The notes under the pieces were generated by a model. That model worked only from the letters and a program-made list of their open reading frames with translations. It was not told the origin of the DNA and searched no databases. Below are positions 28,383 to 40,923 of a stretch of 64,000 bases of DNA, piece after piece. Origin of the DNA: Antedon mediterranea. Lineage: Eukaryota > Animalia > Echinodermata. Position numbers and translations under genes: made by a program. Within the stretch, counting starts at the first letter, position 1. Each line of letters opens with the position of its first letter. Where the stretch lies: contig NC_092680.1 of NCBI RefSeq assembly GCF_964355755.1, positions 8,246,001 to 8,310,000 on the forward strand, in the 5' to 3' direction.

Positions 28383-29047
28383 CAGCCCACGAATTTCACG
28401 TCGGCAATCGGCAATTGCCGACCTTATTGCCGACCTTAAATTGTCAGAGGACGGCAAGAGATTGCCGACCTAGAAACTAGGCTAGATCCCTCCTTTCAAG
28501 CCTCCTAGCAACAACATGGTACTTTAAGGGATCGTATCATTGAAATTTTAACAGGCATATTCACCACCATGTTGTGTTTAGTTAACAAACCATGGAATTA
28601 AGATGATCCCTGAATTCACTCAACCATTACATCATTTTGTGTGTGAGTCGAGCTGCATGCTTTCCTATCAACCAAGCTGGCTGGGCACAGCGCTGCGCGC
28701 CACAGACCTGTGTAGGGGAATACCCTGTTATGCCAAGCAAGCAACTATGCTCTGTGTACGGCTAGCTCCAGAACCATGATGTTCAGCAATTAATTATCAA
28801 ATAGAATTTATCTTGTAGATTTTAGTGTTAGGTTTTTATATTTTTTTTTAGTTCATTTTGCTAGTTCTTTTTGCATAACATATAGCTAGGGAGGCTAGGC
28901 CTAGCTAGGCCTTTTAGGTTAGCAAGAGGTTTAGGCCTTGGGTTGGGGTGAATTTTCTATTTTTAGAACTGCCGAGACTGCCGACCTTGGCGAATTTAAG
29001 GTCGGCAATTTTTTGCCGACCTTCTTTTTTCTGAATTTCGTGGGCTG
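28383..29047. mobile_element. hAT-like MITE with 6-bp TSD (hAT6-type)
   Basis: TIR CAGCCCACGAA(T/A)TTCA matches at 15/16, CATTTT on both flanks, and sub-terminal TTGCCGACCT repeats. Confidence 0.8.
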
Positions 29048-32000
29048 CATTTTTGTTTTATGATATTGATAACACAAGATTTAAAATAATAGGCAAATCA
29101 GACTAAGCAGGCTTAAGTTTAACGTGCGTCATCAGATTGTTATTGTAATGAAAGCTGTTTTTTTTGTCCAATGCCTACAACGAACTAAAGCCTGGATACA
29201 GGCCACTTGGTAATTTTAACGTTCCTCATCACATTTTCTGTATGACTTCTTGTTACTACAGTACTTACAGTTACCATCTTTATTTTTTTTTTGTAAATGG
29301 TATTTTTAAAAATTCAAAGAATCCTCAATTTCCCCAAAAATTACAGTATCACAGTTAACATTCCAATGTTTGTAAATGGCAACTGGGGTTTTGAATGATC
29401 AGTTTTATGTTAGTACATCACATTAGGTAATAGTAAAGCAAAAAAAAATGTAAATCACACACAAAAAAACTAACTTAATTAAAATTTTTTTGACTTAAAA
29501 TCTTCCTGTTGCTTGCATACACAAAACTACCTGGGTTGTTTAGTGAATTTGATAAGGGTGTAACCAAGGTTTCCTTAACAGCCAGACCCTAGGGGTTTCA
29601 GATCATTAACCTAGTCCCAGACTAAAAATAGCTGATATTTTGCATATAGATTCCTACTAATTTGACCCGATTCCTGAAATAGCATGCTGATGACTAAAAA
29701 TAACTTTGCTGTCGTAATCCAATCATTCAAAAGCAGTCGTGTCGACAGTTACCATGGTGAAACTTCCTGCAGTATAATTCTGACATTTCCTCCCTTGCAT
29801 TATTGAAATAATTTCGTTTTCATTCTTTAGTTAATACATCCAACCACCATAAAAAGTCTTTATGTTTCTTTTCAAAAATGTTTTTTTTAATTCCTCCTTT
29901 AAAAAAAAAATTTATTTTATTATTATTAAAAAAGTACTGTGATATTTATTATATTCCCACAGCCACTAGTTACAATTAGTACTCATTTAATCCCTAGTGT
30001 ACCATTGATTTACTCCATAACTGTTCCTGGGGGATACAGGATTTATAAAGATTTTTATCTATTTCTAATAACCAGCTGATAAAGTGAAGGTCGCTATAGT
30101 AAACCAGTAGTTATTCAAAAACTACTACTGATTATAATCTGTTTTAAAGTGAATTATCTAGTATATTTACAGTATAATTAATACCATGGAGGTTAATACA
30201 CACTGTATTTAATAAACTATACAACTATGACATTTATATTATAATTTTTCTGTTTAAATGTATCTACAGTATGATGGCTTTATTACACTGTACTATGTCA
30301 TGTATCTATTTTTATTTTTTAGGACATTTGTTCCCTCTTTTAAGATAGTTTAGCAACATTTGTAATAAATAAAATATGGTTTTATCATTACTCAAAAGAA
30401 TGCATCTAGAAATTAATAATTTTATTTTTTTTAATACTTAATTCTTAAATGTGTACAGTACTACATAAAAAACATACTGATGCAATAATTAAACCTGATG
30501 AATAATGTAAACAAACTTTAGTAAACAAAGCAAATCTTTGATAAAATAAATCCAACAACTCTGAGCTTTGTATTGAAAAAATATCTACTAATATATTAGG
30601 TATTGATCGCTAAACCCTGTGTGAGATATGTTTTCTTTATGTTCAGTAAATTCCATATTTTTCTGTGGGATCTTAGCATCTGGAATTGTTTTTTCTCTAT
30701 GAATAGTTTTTTTTTTTATAGTTCTTGTCTTCAGTGTGTTTTGTATGGTAACAATGCAAAATAGTGTGATAAAGTATTGTATACCAGTGCTTAGTAATGA
30801 GCTATACTCGCATACAATTAATGATCTACAACTTATTGTTCAGTTCTCATTAGTTAATCATTACTATTTTAATGATAAGTGCCTAAATACATAACGAAAA
30901 ATGATAGTAATCAGTATGGTACAGTACATTTTGTGACGTACTGTAGCTCAGAAATACTTCTTTTTTATATTATTTTTCTTGTTTTATGCGAGCACTATAA
31001 TGCCCTACTGTACATCGAAAAAGTCTAATCTGAGAAACTGGAATATCTGCTTAAAGATTTTTTGGCCTGCCATTATTAGGGGAATTGACTAATTCAGTTC
31101 CATCATGTACAGTATTTTTTTAAATTTTATTTTTTTTAGGCCAAAAAAAAAGAATATTGTTTTGGCCACGTTTTGGGTAAATCCCAAAAATGGGTAGGTT
31201 GGTAGGAAAAGGTTTTTTTTATTTTAGGAGGCAGAACATATTCATAACATGTTTCTTCTGGCATTTTACCCATTTTACAGTAGGGGCCTAATCTGTATCT
31301 AATCATAAACAGCATTTAATGATAAAAGATACTAACTGTAAATGTACAGTGGTAAAGGGACCATAATTATGGATCCATTTTTATTCCTGGTTACTACTAC
31401 TACTACTACAGCATAAGTCATGGATTACCAGGTCATGTGGTTGTTAACACTTAATGACATGTCAATGTAGTCTATAATCCACATGATGGTGTTACATCCT
31501 TGCCAGATGATGCATAGTATGCTTGGCTAACCATACTTTAGCTACTTGATCTTAAGACAATGATTGACATTCTGATTGACAGATTTATGTCTGCTGTCTG
31601 ACAGGCCAAACTTTCACCCCTCTGGTAGAATCAGTGGCAATCCCAATATTTTGAAAAACTGGGTCCAGGGTAGAAAAAGTGCTAAACTTTACATAATGTC
31701 CTTCAGTTTGCAATGTTGTTTCAACATTTATTATTGGGTGCGGGAGGGCTGATGGGCTTTTCAGAATATAATACTTTAACCAAAGGTAATCAAAAAAATT
31801 TATTAATAAAATATATAACTTTCTGTTGTACATATTGTACACCTGTTTAGAAATATCATAGCATTAAATACATATTTCCATGTTAAACCAATTTTTTTAA
31901 ATGCATGTTTTGGCTATGATAATTAGTTAAAGACTTTTAGTTTTTCTCACACTTTTTTGTTGGCTTTTTTCACTGACTTTATTTGTATAATCGCTATCTG

Positions 32001-32177
32001 CAACTGACCCTATACCCATACAATTTGCATAATAGATAAGGTACTCTGCTGTATACACACAAATGAAAAGCATAAATCTCAAAGTCTAAATTTCATTGAC
32101 AACTTCAAAATGTATGAAACAGAAATAACAATGATTTTGTTTATATAAAAAAGAATTTTCAATATTGAGTTAATTAA

Positions 32178-32337
32178 GGTTTGGTTCCCACTAGAGATGC
32201 AACACAAGGACATAAGTGCAATGTAAGTGATGTGACCAATCACAGGCGATGGGTTATTCGACCTGTCACTTGTCATTGGTCAACTCGCTTGTGTTGCATC
32301 TATGTCTTTGAGTTGCATCTGTAGTGGAAACCAAGCT
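32178..32337. mobile_element. Short Harbinger-like MITE with TAA TSD
   Basis: TAA|GGTTTGGTTCCCACTA...TAGTGGAAACCAAGCT|TAA. Confidence 0.75.
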
Positions 32338-33764
32338 TAAGCAGTAACATATTAATTCCAATAGAATAAAATGATATAACAGTATTGTAGCTCATGTTTT
32401 TATAGTTTTTTAGATTTAACGTTATGATTAAACTTTATTACATATTGATGGTATTTATTATCCAAGCAATATACTGTAGCATTGCCGCAGTAAATAATTA
32501 TGATATTTTGTTTGAAAGCCAATTTTCTGACAATGACATTGATTGTGTTTGGCTAATTGGCCACTGGTGATATTTATGCCAGAAAGTAGATGGTTTTATG
32601 GCTCAGCTGGACATGGGCACTTCCTACTGTGTTACACCAGGTCATTGGATAACGTGTGCATTGAAGCATGGAGAATCTTTATGCTTCAACTCTCCTACTG
32701 TACAGTATTATAGTATTAGGCAAAAACTAGAGGGCGGTTAAGGCAACGTCAAAGTGATAAGCTTAGAAGGGAGATTCTACAAGATGGATGCCATTTTAGG
32801 TTGTCTAAGCATGGAACAACTTTACTTTGGCATCTGATTTGCATCAGCCATTATCCCATGGCTTGGATGCAGTACTATTTGAATGCGTTTTGAGTTTTTA
32901 CTTAATTATTACTATTAGTGTTTGCCATCTTTAGCTTAAGTACTTTGACCAAGATGTATTTTACTGAATGGCGATTGTAAATAGTGCCCTTTATTTCACT
33001 TAGCAAACTATTCAATTCAAAGTGTTTTGTATTGTAGTCCATTAGTTATTTTTGTTCTGTTTTTTTTAAATTTCCTTTGATTTGAAAGGTCTTGTGGGCT
33101 TTAACCTGCGTCAGTATGCTGTTGTTTTATGGGAACATGACATTTTAAAATGATAAGCTTGGATGATGCTTATTATTGTTTTGTCTTTTCTTCTGGCAAA
33201 CCTTTGTTGCGCTGTATTAAAGTGAGCCACACTTTACCAGCATAGTACTGTAAGTAGTGGGATTTTGTTGAGGAATTTACTGAATGGGAGCAAATTAACA
33301 ATTAGAAATAGGATGTAGCATACGATTACCACCATTTAATTGTTGCATTTACACTTTGTGATTTCCTGTTCACAAGTTTTTGCATTGAACTTGACTAGCC
33401 TGTTTACCTCGCTAGTTGATGTGTATCCGGTTTGCTAGTGGATTCTTGATGAGGCTCTCGATTTGCTACTGGATTCTTGATGAGAGTCTAGATCAGTTGA
33501 TTAAAGGTCATAAGGTCATATGACCAAATTTGGATTAATGAGGATATTTCTATGTTTGTCAGCATTTTCCCAAAGATAATTAAAGGTCTAGAATCTGATT
33601 CTAAAATAAAATTTATATTTGATTGAATTTGCGATGGTTTTTTAAAATGTTTTACACCCATGTGGTCAGCCATATTCAATAATCATCAGTAAATACTAAG
33701 TACAGTATTTAAAAAAAAAAATAAATAGTGTGTAAGAATTATAAGATTTTATTAATTGTATACG

Positions 33765-34176
33765 CAGACGTTCCAACCCTCCCGATTTATCCGGGAGTCT
33801 CCCGAATTTTAACATCACCTCCCGGTCTCCCGAATTTTAAATATATCTCCCGATTTCACACATTTCTATAAAATTCAGTATTATTGCATTAAATTAAAAT
33901 CTATCTTCCCACGAAAGTTAATATTACAAATTAATTTAATCTCACACGTCGTACGTATGATACAACGAACATGTAATGTATGTAAAGATTGTATAGCATA
34001 GTACAGCGTACTGTAAGGCGACGTCCTTTGTGTTTACCGACAGTACGCGATTCTTACCTTTAGCGATGAAGCTACAGTATCGCTTTATCAGTAGAGTAGG
34101 CGCACGTGTACTGAAACTTTTTCCTGGTTACAAGTTTGACCTAATTCCCATGCCCAGGGAAGGCATCATCGTCAGT

Positions 34177-34230
<54 letters not shown>

Positions 34231-35040
34231 CTGTGCGACGTCCTTTGTGTTTACCGACAGTACGCGATGAATCTACAGTTACTATCAGTAGTAGGCGCGC
34301 GTGTACTGAAATTGCTAGTTACAAGTTCTTTGACCCAATTCCAATGCCCAGGCATCAATCGTACCATCGTACAGTACTGTATGTATTCTCACTGCGCATG
34401 TACCGGAAAAGTACTTGTAGTACTGTATTTTGCGTACATACTTTCGCGAATTGCAATCACTCGTGACATTTTCTGGTTTTACAGTATGTCGGAAAAACGT
34501 AGTAGGGGTAGTTTTAGAGAATAAAGAAAGTTGTAAAAAGAAAAAAAAATATAAAACTAGATTTTCTAATGAATGGAAAAATACGTTTCCGTTTCCGTTT
34601 GTTAGTGCGAGTAATCAACACGTTACCGAGAGTGAATACAAGTTTTTTTGCACTATTTGTAACGTGAATTTGTCATGCTCACAGGGAGGAATCAACGATG
34701 TTGCTGTACACTCCAAGTTGTTTGTTTTAATTTGTATTTTTGTTAATGAATTAATACAACTAAGTACAGATTTGATTTGTACTGTGAATGGTTTTTTATT
34801 TAAGTGTATACAACAATATAAATTTAGAAAATAAAGTTTGATTTATAATCACCAAACAAGTTCTTTTCTTTTTGTTTGTATATTACTCTGATTTGCAAAG
34901 AGCTAGCTGTCTTAAGATTCGTGTTGGTAGTAGTACAGTATAGTTTTATTATTGAACGTTGGTGGCGACAGACATCACAGTGTTAACGTTGGTGGCGGTA
35001 TACCCTCCCGATTTTTAATTCATTTAGGTTGGAACGTCTG
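33765..35040 (+). mobile_element. Internally deleted hAT-like transposon with 6-bp TSD
   Basis: Perfect 14-bp TIR CAGACGTTCCAACC, TATACG on both flanks, CTCCCG sub-terminal repeats, an internal direct repeat of about 150 bp and a (GTA)n tract. Confidence 0.88.
34485..34716 (+). pseudogene. Remnant of a transposase N-terminal zinc finger (BED/TTF-like)
   Basis: KKKKKYKTRFSNEWKNTFPF...FFCTICNVNLSCSQGGINDVAVHSK resembles the F..W...FP..CxxC..GG..D..H start of hAT transposases. The remainder is deleted. Confidence 0.65.
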
Positions 35041-35972
35041 TATACGTGCATGTTTTCCTTAGCGGTGGTCTAATATTATAATACAGTCACTGATCTAAAT
35101 TGGTATACAGTAGTAATTGAATTGCAAGACAGTATAGTACACTATAAAATGGTGATGCATTCTGGGATTCTTTCTCTTTAATCCTTTATTTATGATCAAA
35201 TACACAGGATAGATAATTAGATTATGTAATCTGAAGTACTGTATTTAGTCTTAATGAAACAGTTTTGTTAAAAAATAATAGTTTGTTTTACACTGTACAC
35301 TAAAATGAGGATGTGGTTGATTTTATAGTGTTTGCTTGATTTGATTTTACTATAGGTGGCAGCAGATAACTTTCTACAATCCCCCTCCCCTACTTGTTAT
35401 GGTGTTTACACCATTCAACCAGCTAATTAATAAAATGGATCAGGATACAAATCTGGATGCATTCAACAAAATATTAAAATTACTATGAAAACTGTTGCGG
35501 TACAACTATGAAGGAAAATTATATTGGAAATGGTCACCAGTGTCAAGTTACACAACGTAAACCAATTGGGTGTATGCTAATTATACCTGAGTCAACATAA
35601 ACAAATAAAAAACATAATTAGTGTACATTTACTCTTGCAAATGTATGATTTAATTTATTTTTTCACCTTTGTTTATTTTTTTTCAAAAGATGATATGATC
35701 ATCCTGCATCTATTCTCTTTTTGAACCGTGATTATCCACGGCAACCATGTACGTCACTACACATTTTTCTACTATTTAATGTATAAAGATCCTTTGGCCT
35801 ATTACTCACAATATGCCTTCAGTGATAGGATATAAAACAAACCATTTTCAGACTCAAGTTATATTTGAAGCCTTATTCTGAACACCTCTCCAAAGGTTAA
35901 TGATTATAGTCGCTGCTTTGGATGGAGGTGCAACATTATTATAATTTTTTCTTGAACTTTGCATTCAAATAG

Positions 35973-37234
35973 CAGGGCATCATTTATAAGGAGCGCCTGC
36001 GCGACCGCGCTCCTCCGCGCTCCTCAACAGGCTTCGAGGAGAGCAATTTATCGCGCTCCTTAATTTTCAAAATAGAGCCTAGCTTTTGACAGTGTTGATT
36101 TTTCTGTCAAGAGGCCTAAAAACACGTGGATTTTTAAAAGTTAAAACCAATCTAGGCCTAGGCTAATAATATATAAGCTAAGTTATAAAGCTACAAGCCT
36201 AATGGCAGTCCCTCGTTTTTAAGGATCGCGAGCGCGATCGCAATCAACAACCTTCGAAAAAGAGAGCAATTCATCGCGCTCCATCTCACAGTGCGAGGTA
36301 CCAACAAAGGGGATTCCCCTGCCTGCGCGCATTCAAGGGCGAGTTTACTTCATCGCCTCATAGTGCAACCAGTACGGTGTCATAGAAACACCTCCTTTAC
36401 AGGAAGATCATGTCCCAACCAATAATTTTTCCCTTTATGTTTTTATGGAACGAGTTAATAAAATATATTTAATTTTAAAAGGAAACATTAATATAGGAGG
36501 CCTAAATATAATGTTTATTATTTTAAAAAGCTTAGCTGCTGGTTGCTTTAATTATGTCATTTTGAAGATGGATTATTTCTTCGAAAGTTCTAACCAATTT
36601 TGGTCACTCAAATCCTCCTCAAAACACGTGCTGATGTGTGACGTCAGCATCTTCTAGAAGCTCTCTCAGCCCTCCCCTATTGTGCGTGCGCCCATGTGTG
36701 ACACATGTAAACACGATCAAATATCTTTCTTAATAATTTTAAAATGACACTTTGTAACTTGTTATCAATATTTTAATGGCTGTTGCATGTTAGAATTGTA
36801 TAATTTATGAATTGCAGGTAAATACTTTTCAGGTTTTCTGTCTGATTTCTAGGCCAACAAGCTAGGCTAGAAAAGCTAGGCTAAAGGCATAATAGTTGGC
36901 CAGGACAGGATTCTCCAGGCTCCTGAAACCCAATCTACCCAGGCAGGCCATAAAAAAAAATTGGCTTGAGTTTTTTGTACTGTAGAATAATACGATCCCC
37001 ACGGAAAATATTGTGTGTAAAGGTGGGTGTGGGGGATTTTAGGGAAGAGGTACAGTATACATTTGTTGTGCCCGGGGGGGGGGGGGGGGGGTGGGGGGCG
37101 ACCATCCTTCAACTTCAACATAAATATTTGAGGAGAGCGATTTAAAATTTTTGCAAGGAGAGCGAATTGCTCTCCTCGGTGATTTGAGGAGAGCGATTTG
37201 TTGCTCTCCTGGGTTTTGCATACGTGATGCCCTG
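35973..37234. mobile_element. hAT-like non-autonomous element with 6-bp TSD
   Basis: TIR CAGGGCATCA (13/15 when extended), AAATAG on both flanks, GGAGAGC/GCTCCT sub-terminal repeats and a poly-G tract. Confidence 0.82.
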
Positions 37235-38313
37235 AAATAGTAACACTACAGTTGTTTTACATTATTTTTGTAAGCCAAATTATGTAAGAAGGTAATGTAT
37301 TTATGTTTAGGAAATCATGCTTTTTAAAAAATTATATTCCAAATGTGTAAGTTAATTTGGAGAACATGGAGCTGACGTCACATCCAGATGAGACCAAAAT
37401 ATAATATTCATAATGATAATTGTCAATATATTTTAAATATAGTTTAGATCGATGATAGTTAATGTGACAGTCAATTGGATTTCTACAATTTCAAACCAGA
37501 ATTTTAAACAACTCAAATTGGCTGGTATTTTAAAATGAAAAAAAGGTTTTTTAAATGTATACTTTACAGTTAAAATGTTATCCTCTATAATTTAGTGTAT
37601 AAAGTTCAACTAAACATATATTCTGTATCTAATTCACATCTGAGTCCTTCCCTCAGTACAGTTTGCACAATAATTTTCATTTTTATTGAACTTTTTAAAG
37701 AATACAAAATAAAATCAACTTAAATTTCAAATAATTCACAAGTAATAAGTTTGTTTTCTGTTGGTTACAAAATATTGTCTGAATTTCATGTTTTTCGTTT
37801 GCCAACATACATGAATGAATATCTACTGAACATTAGCTTAAATAACTACAATTGGTAACATATCGGACAGTATACAGTATTTCATCTAGTACTGGCTAAC
37901 TGTCACTGACAATTTAATGGTTGGTTTGTGATTGAACTTTTAGCTAGTTAATGCCATACATTTTGATGCGATAAATATGTCTAGCTGGCCAACCAATATC
38001 TATTACTGTACTCTATGCTTTAGATTGGCAAAATTTTTGATAATGTAATCCAGCATATATGTAAAAATATTATTTATCCATATTTTCATTTATCCACATT
38101 TTTGTTGTTGTTTATATTTTTGTTGTTTGATTGAAGCTTTGTATTCAGGTTGATTATATCATATCGCACTAAAAGTTGACAAATCAACTTAATTTTGTTA
38201 AGTTAGAAAATTATTCTGTATAGATTTTAATTAATTTGTTATAATAGTAGTAGTTTAAAATATGAAATTTGTATGATTAATAATTTAAAAATATTTTCTT
38301 TTTTCTTGTTCAG

Positions 38314-38445
38314 GTTCTGAATAAAAAAGAAAACAAAGGTTGTGAGAGCCCAGATGGAGATCCAGAATACACACTAACACCAAGAACAGAGGAGAAATAC
38401 AGGAAAATTAACGATGAATTTGACAGAATGATGGGTCTTAGATCG
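38314..38445 (+). CDS. mef2: MEF2 coding exon 3 (alpha / HJURP_C-like region)
   Basis: VLNKKENKGCESPDGDPEYTLTPRTEEKYRKINDEFDRMMGLRS; CAG| acceptor, |GTAAGA donor, 132 nt, phase 0-0. Confidence 0.96.
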
Positions 38446-38911
38446 GTAAGACAAAGAACTGCTCTTCTTTTAATTATAAAGTAGATAATCGTAGGGTATA
38501 CAGAACATTATTGCCTAGTAGCATGGAACTAGTGTACAGTATGTATAAATACATTGAATAAAAAATAACAGATCTTGGACCAAGTGGACTCATACCTAGT
38601 TCAATCAGAATGGGAAATGCCTATTTTCAGTTTATATACTATTACTACTGTATTTGTTGTGAATTAGAGAATTGAAATGTCTGCGCAACTCTCTGCCTAT
38701 CTGTTAAAATCTAAGATAGGTCAGTTTTGATCAGTCAGTTTCAACCCTTTTCAATGTTTTATAAGCCCATAACATAATCACCTTATACTACAGTACTAGC
38801 AACCCTGTACCCAATACGCTGTCCACAACAAGTATAAAAATGATAGTAAATAGTGATTGAAGAGTAGCAAGTACCATCGATGTTAAACACTAGTATGTTA
38901 AACACTAGTAA

Positions 38912-39254
38912 TAGTACGGCCATACTGCGTTGAAACACCGGTTCTCGTCAGATCACCGAAGTTAAGCAACGTTGGGCCCGGTTGCGTTCTGGATGGGAGA
39001 CCGTCTAGAAATCGTGGCGGGTGCTGTATATACTGGAGAGTGATGGTGTAATGGTAATATCGGACTAGCATGTGATAGGCATGGGTTCGAGGTTATCTGT
39101 ACCATACTAATTGCATCCTTAGGCAAGATGCTTTACTCTCATTGCCTAATTGATCTGGTAGGCGCTGCACTGCTGGCTGCCGTGGGTCCGTGGAGGGCCT
39201 AATCCGAATTTCCTCACTGAGGACAAGTATTAATACAAAAAAAAAAAAAAAAAA
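38912..39254 (+). mobile_element. Composite SINE with 5S rRNA-derived head, tRNA-derived segment, CORE-like domain and poly(A)
   Basis: 5S-like 38912-39031 (TACGGCCATAC...GATCACCGAAGTTAAGC...GGATGGGAGACC...GGTGCTGTA); A box TGGTGTAATGG at 39043; B box GGTTCGAG at 39084; TCCTTAGGCAAGATGCTTTACTCTC; 3' hairpin TCCTC-ACT-GAGGA; A18 tail. Confidence 0.85.
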
Positions 39255-39772
39255 TGAAATATAATCCATGCATGCTCAAATATACAGTAATTCCACCCCC
39301 AAATTTAGGTTAAATTTAAAAACTTAAATACATTGTTGTTAAATGCAATCTGAATATAATTCATTCCCACCTAATGTTGTACTACAAGAAAAAAGTTTTT
39401 AAGGGTTGGTGATTAAATTGATTAAACTTTATGGTCTCAGGTGGCAAATCTACATTTTACTTAGCTGTATAATTGAACATCAGTGAAATTAGCACCACTA
39501 TTCAATGGGATCTTTATGGATAATGACACTAACTTAAGTACACAAGTGGTGTACTCTTATATTATCACTAAAGAGCAAACCACATCTAGATAGATGCATC
39601 TGTCAAGATCATAATTAAATATATTTGGTGTATACTGTAGTACAGCAACTGTCCTCCAATATTAATTTTTCTGATAGCATTTTAACACAAGCTGCTAAAA
39701 TGTCTTTTAATGCTAAACAGTAGTGAATGAACTCAAACATGTCAACAAGCATTTCTATGTATTTCCCAATCT

Positions 39773-39982
39773 TAAGCTCTGTCTACCATCAAAAACGTGT
39801 GATGTGCACATATAGGGACCTGATGACGTCATCACTACCATATTTAAGCACATCAACTGCCATATTTGGGCACATCACACTATTTTTAGCGATATGCCCA
39901 AATATGGTAGTGATATGACATGGCTATATATGGGCACATCACAATTGTTGGTCACAAAAAGTTTGATAGTGTTGACAGAGGT
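39773..39982. mobile_element. Palindromic MITE carrying CRE, CArG and MEF2 consensus sites
   Basis: Inverted ends CTCTGTCTAC..ATCAAA / TTTGATAGTGTTGACAGAG; related to 4855-5017. Confidence 0.7.
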
Positions 39983-40044
39983 AAGTAATGTCAACATTTT
40001 AAATGTGATATTAAAGAACCTTTTCTTGAATTTCTTTTCATCAG

Positions 40045-40315
40045 TCTGGTCACATGAACTATCCTCCAAACATGCCAGTAAGCATTCCTGTTTCTCAACA
40101 ACATCCTGGCAGTCATTCAGATTACAGTCAACCCAGCAGTTCGTCGACTCTGCTTCCACCACAACACAATACCAGACATAGCTTAAGTCCTCAACCGCCA
40201 ATGCCAAGAACCAGTTTAAGCCCACAACCTCACATACGGACCAGTATCAGCCCCCAACCACAGATGGTTCGTCCTAGCATCAGCCCTAGGCCTCCTCCAA
40301 GGCCTGCTAGTACAG
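40045..40315 (+). CDS. mef2: MEF2 coding exon 4 (Pro/Ser-rich transactivation region)
   Basis: SGHMNYPPNMPVSIPVS...RPAST(G). MPVSIPV and RPASTG are MEF2-family motifs. 271 nt, phase 0-1. Confidence 0.93.
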
Positions 40316-40619
40316 GTTAGTTTAAATATGTTTTCTTATTCTAAATGAATGACATTTTATACTAGTTATTTTAATAAATAGTGATTTAATATGCTTTATT
40401 TATCTTAAAGGTAAGTAAATATTTTTTAACCTTTCAAATAGAAATATGACAAATATTAATTAAAATTATTTGTTATGGCTTTATACAGTACAGAGAGGTA
40501 AGTAGAGAAGTATGCCTTGAAGTATATACTTAATGATTAAGCCTCGTTTTTCAATTTTGTAGGCCAACAGTTAATGTAATATATTGTGTACATTATTATT
40601 TAAAAATTACGTACAGTAG

Positions 40620-40916
40620 TTTTTGGGACAAAATGTCCCAATCATCCCACTCCCTAAATGAGGTCCAGAATTAGGATCTATGTCTAGATTGGTATCAAGA
40701 TTTTATGGAATTATTTTTAGTTATTTGTGGTTTGAATTTGGTAAATATCTGTTTATAATTAGATAATAGTGGTCCAGAAAATTGGGATCCAAATTTTAAT
40801 AGAGCCTTCCGTGACTGTACAGTACTGTATATCTATCTGTGGTGAAAATTTGATAAAGATCTGTCTTTTAGTCTGGCAGCTAACAAACAAACAAATATCA
40901 CAAAATTAATATAACT
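40620..40916 (-). mobile_element. Degenerate HINE-like fragment interrupted by the 40924-42946 element
   Basis: GGTCCAGAA..TTGGGATCC..AAAGATCT..GCTAACAAACAAACAAA resembles the right part of 2950-3605. Confidence 0.45.
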
Positions 40917-40923
40917 CTGTAAG

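Noticed and set aside
31136-31230. TTAGGCCAAAAAAAA...GGGTAGGTTGGTAGG, a possible Zator-like transposon end
   Set aside because: Only one end is visible, with no partner TIR or TSD.
38912-39104. Functional 5S rRNA or tRNA gene
   Set aside because: The ends are diverged, there is no oligo-T terminator, and the sequence runs into a SINE body and poly(A).
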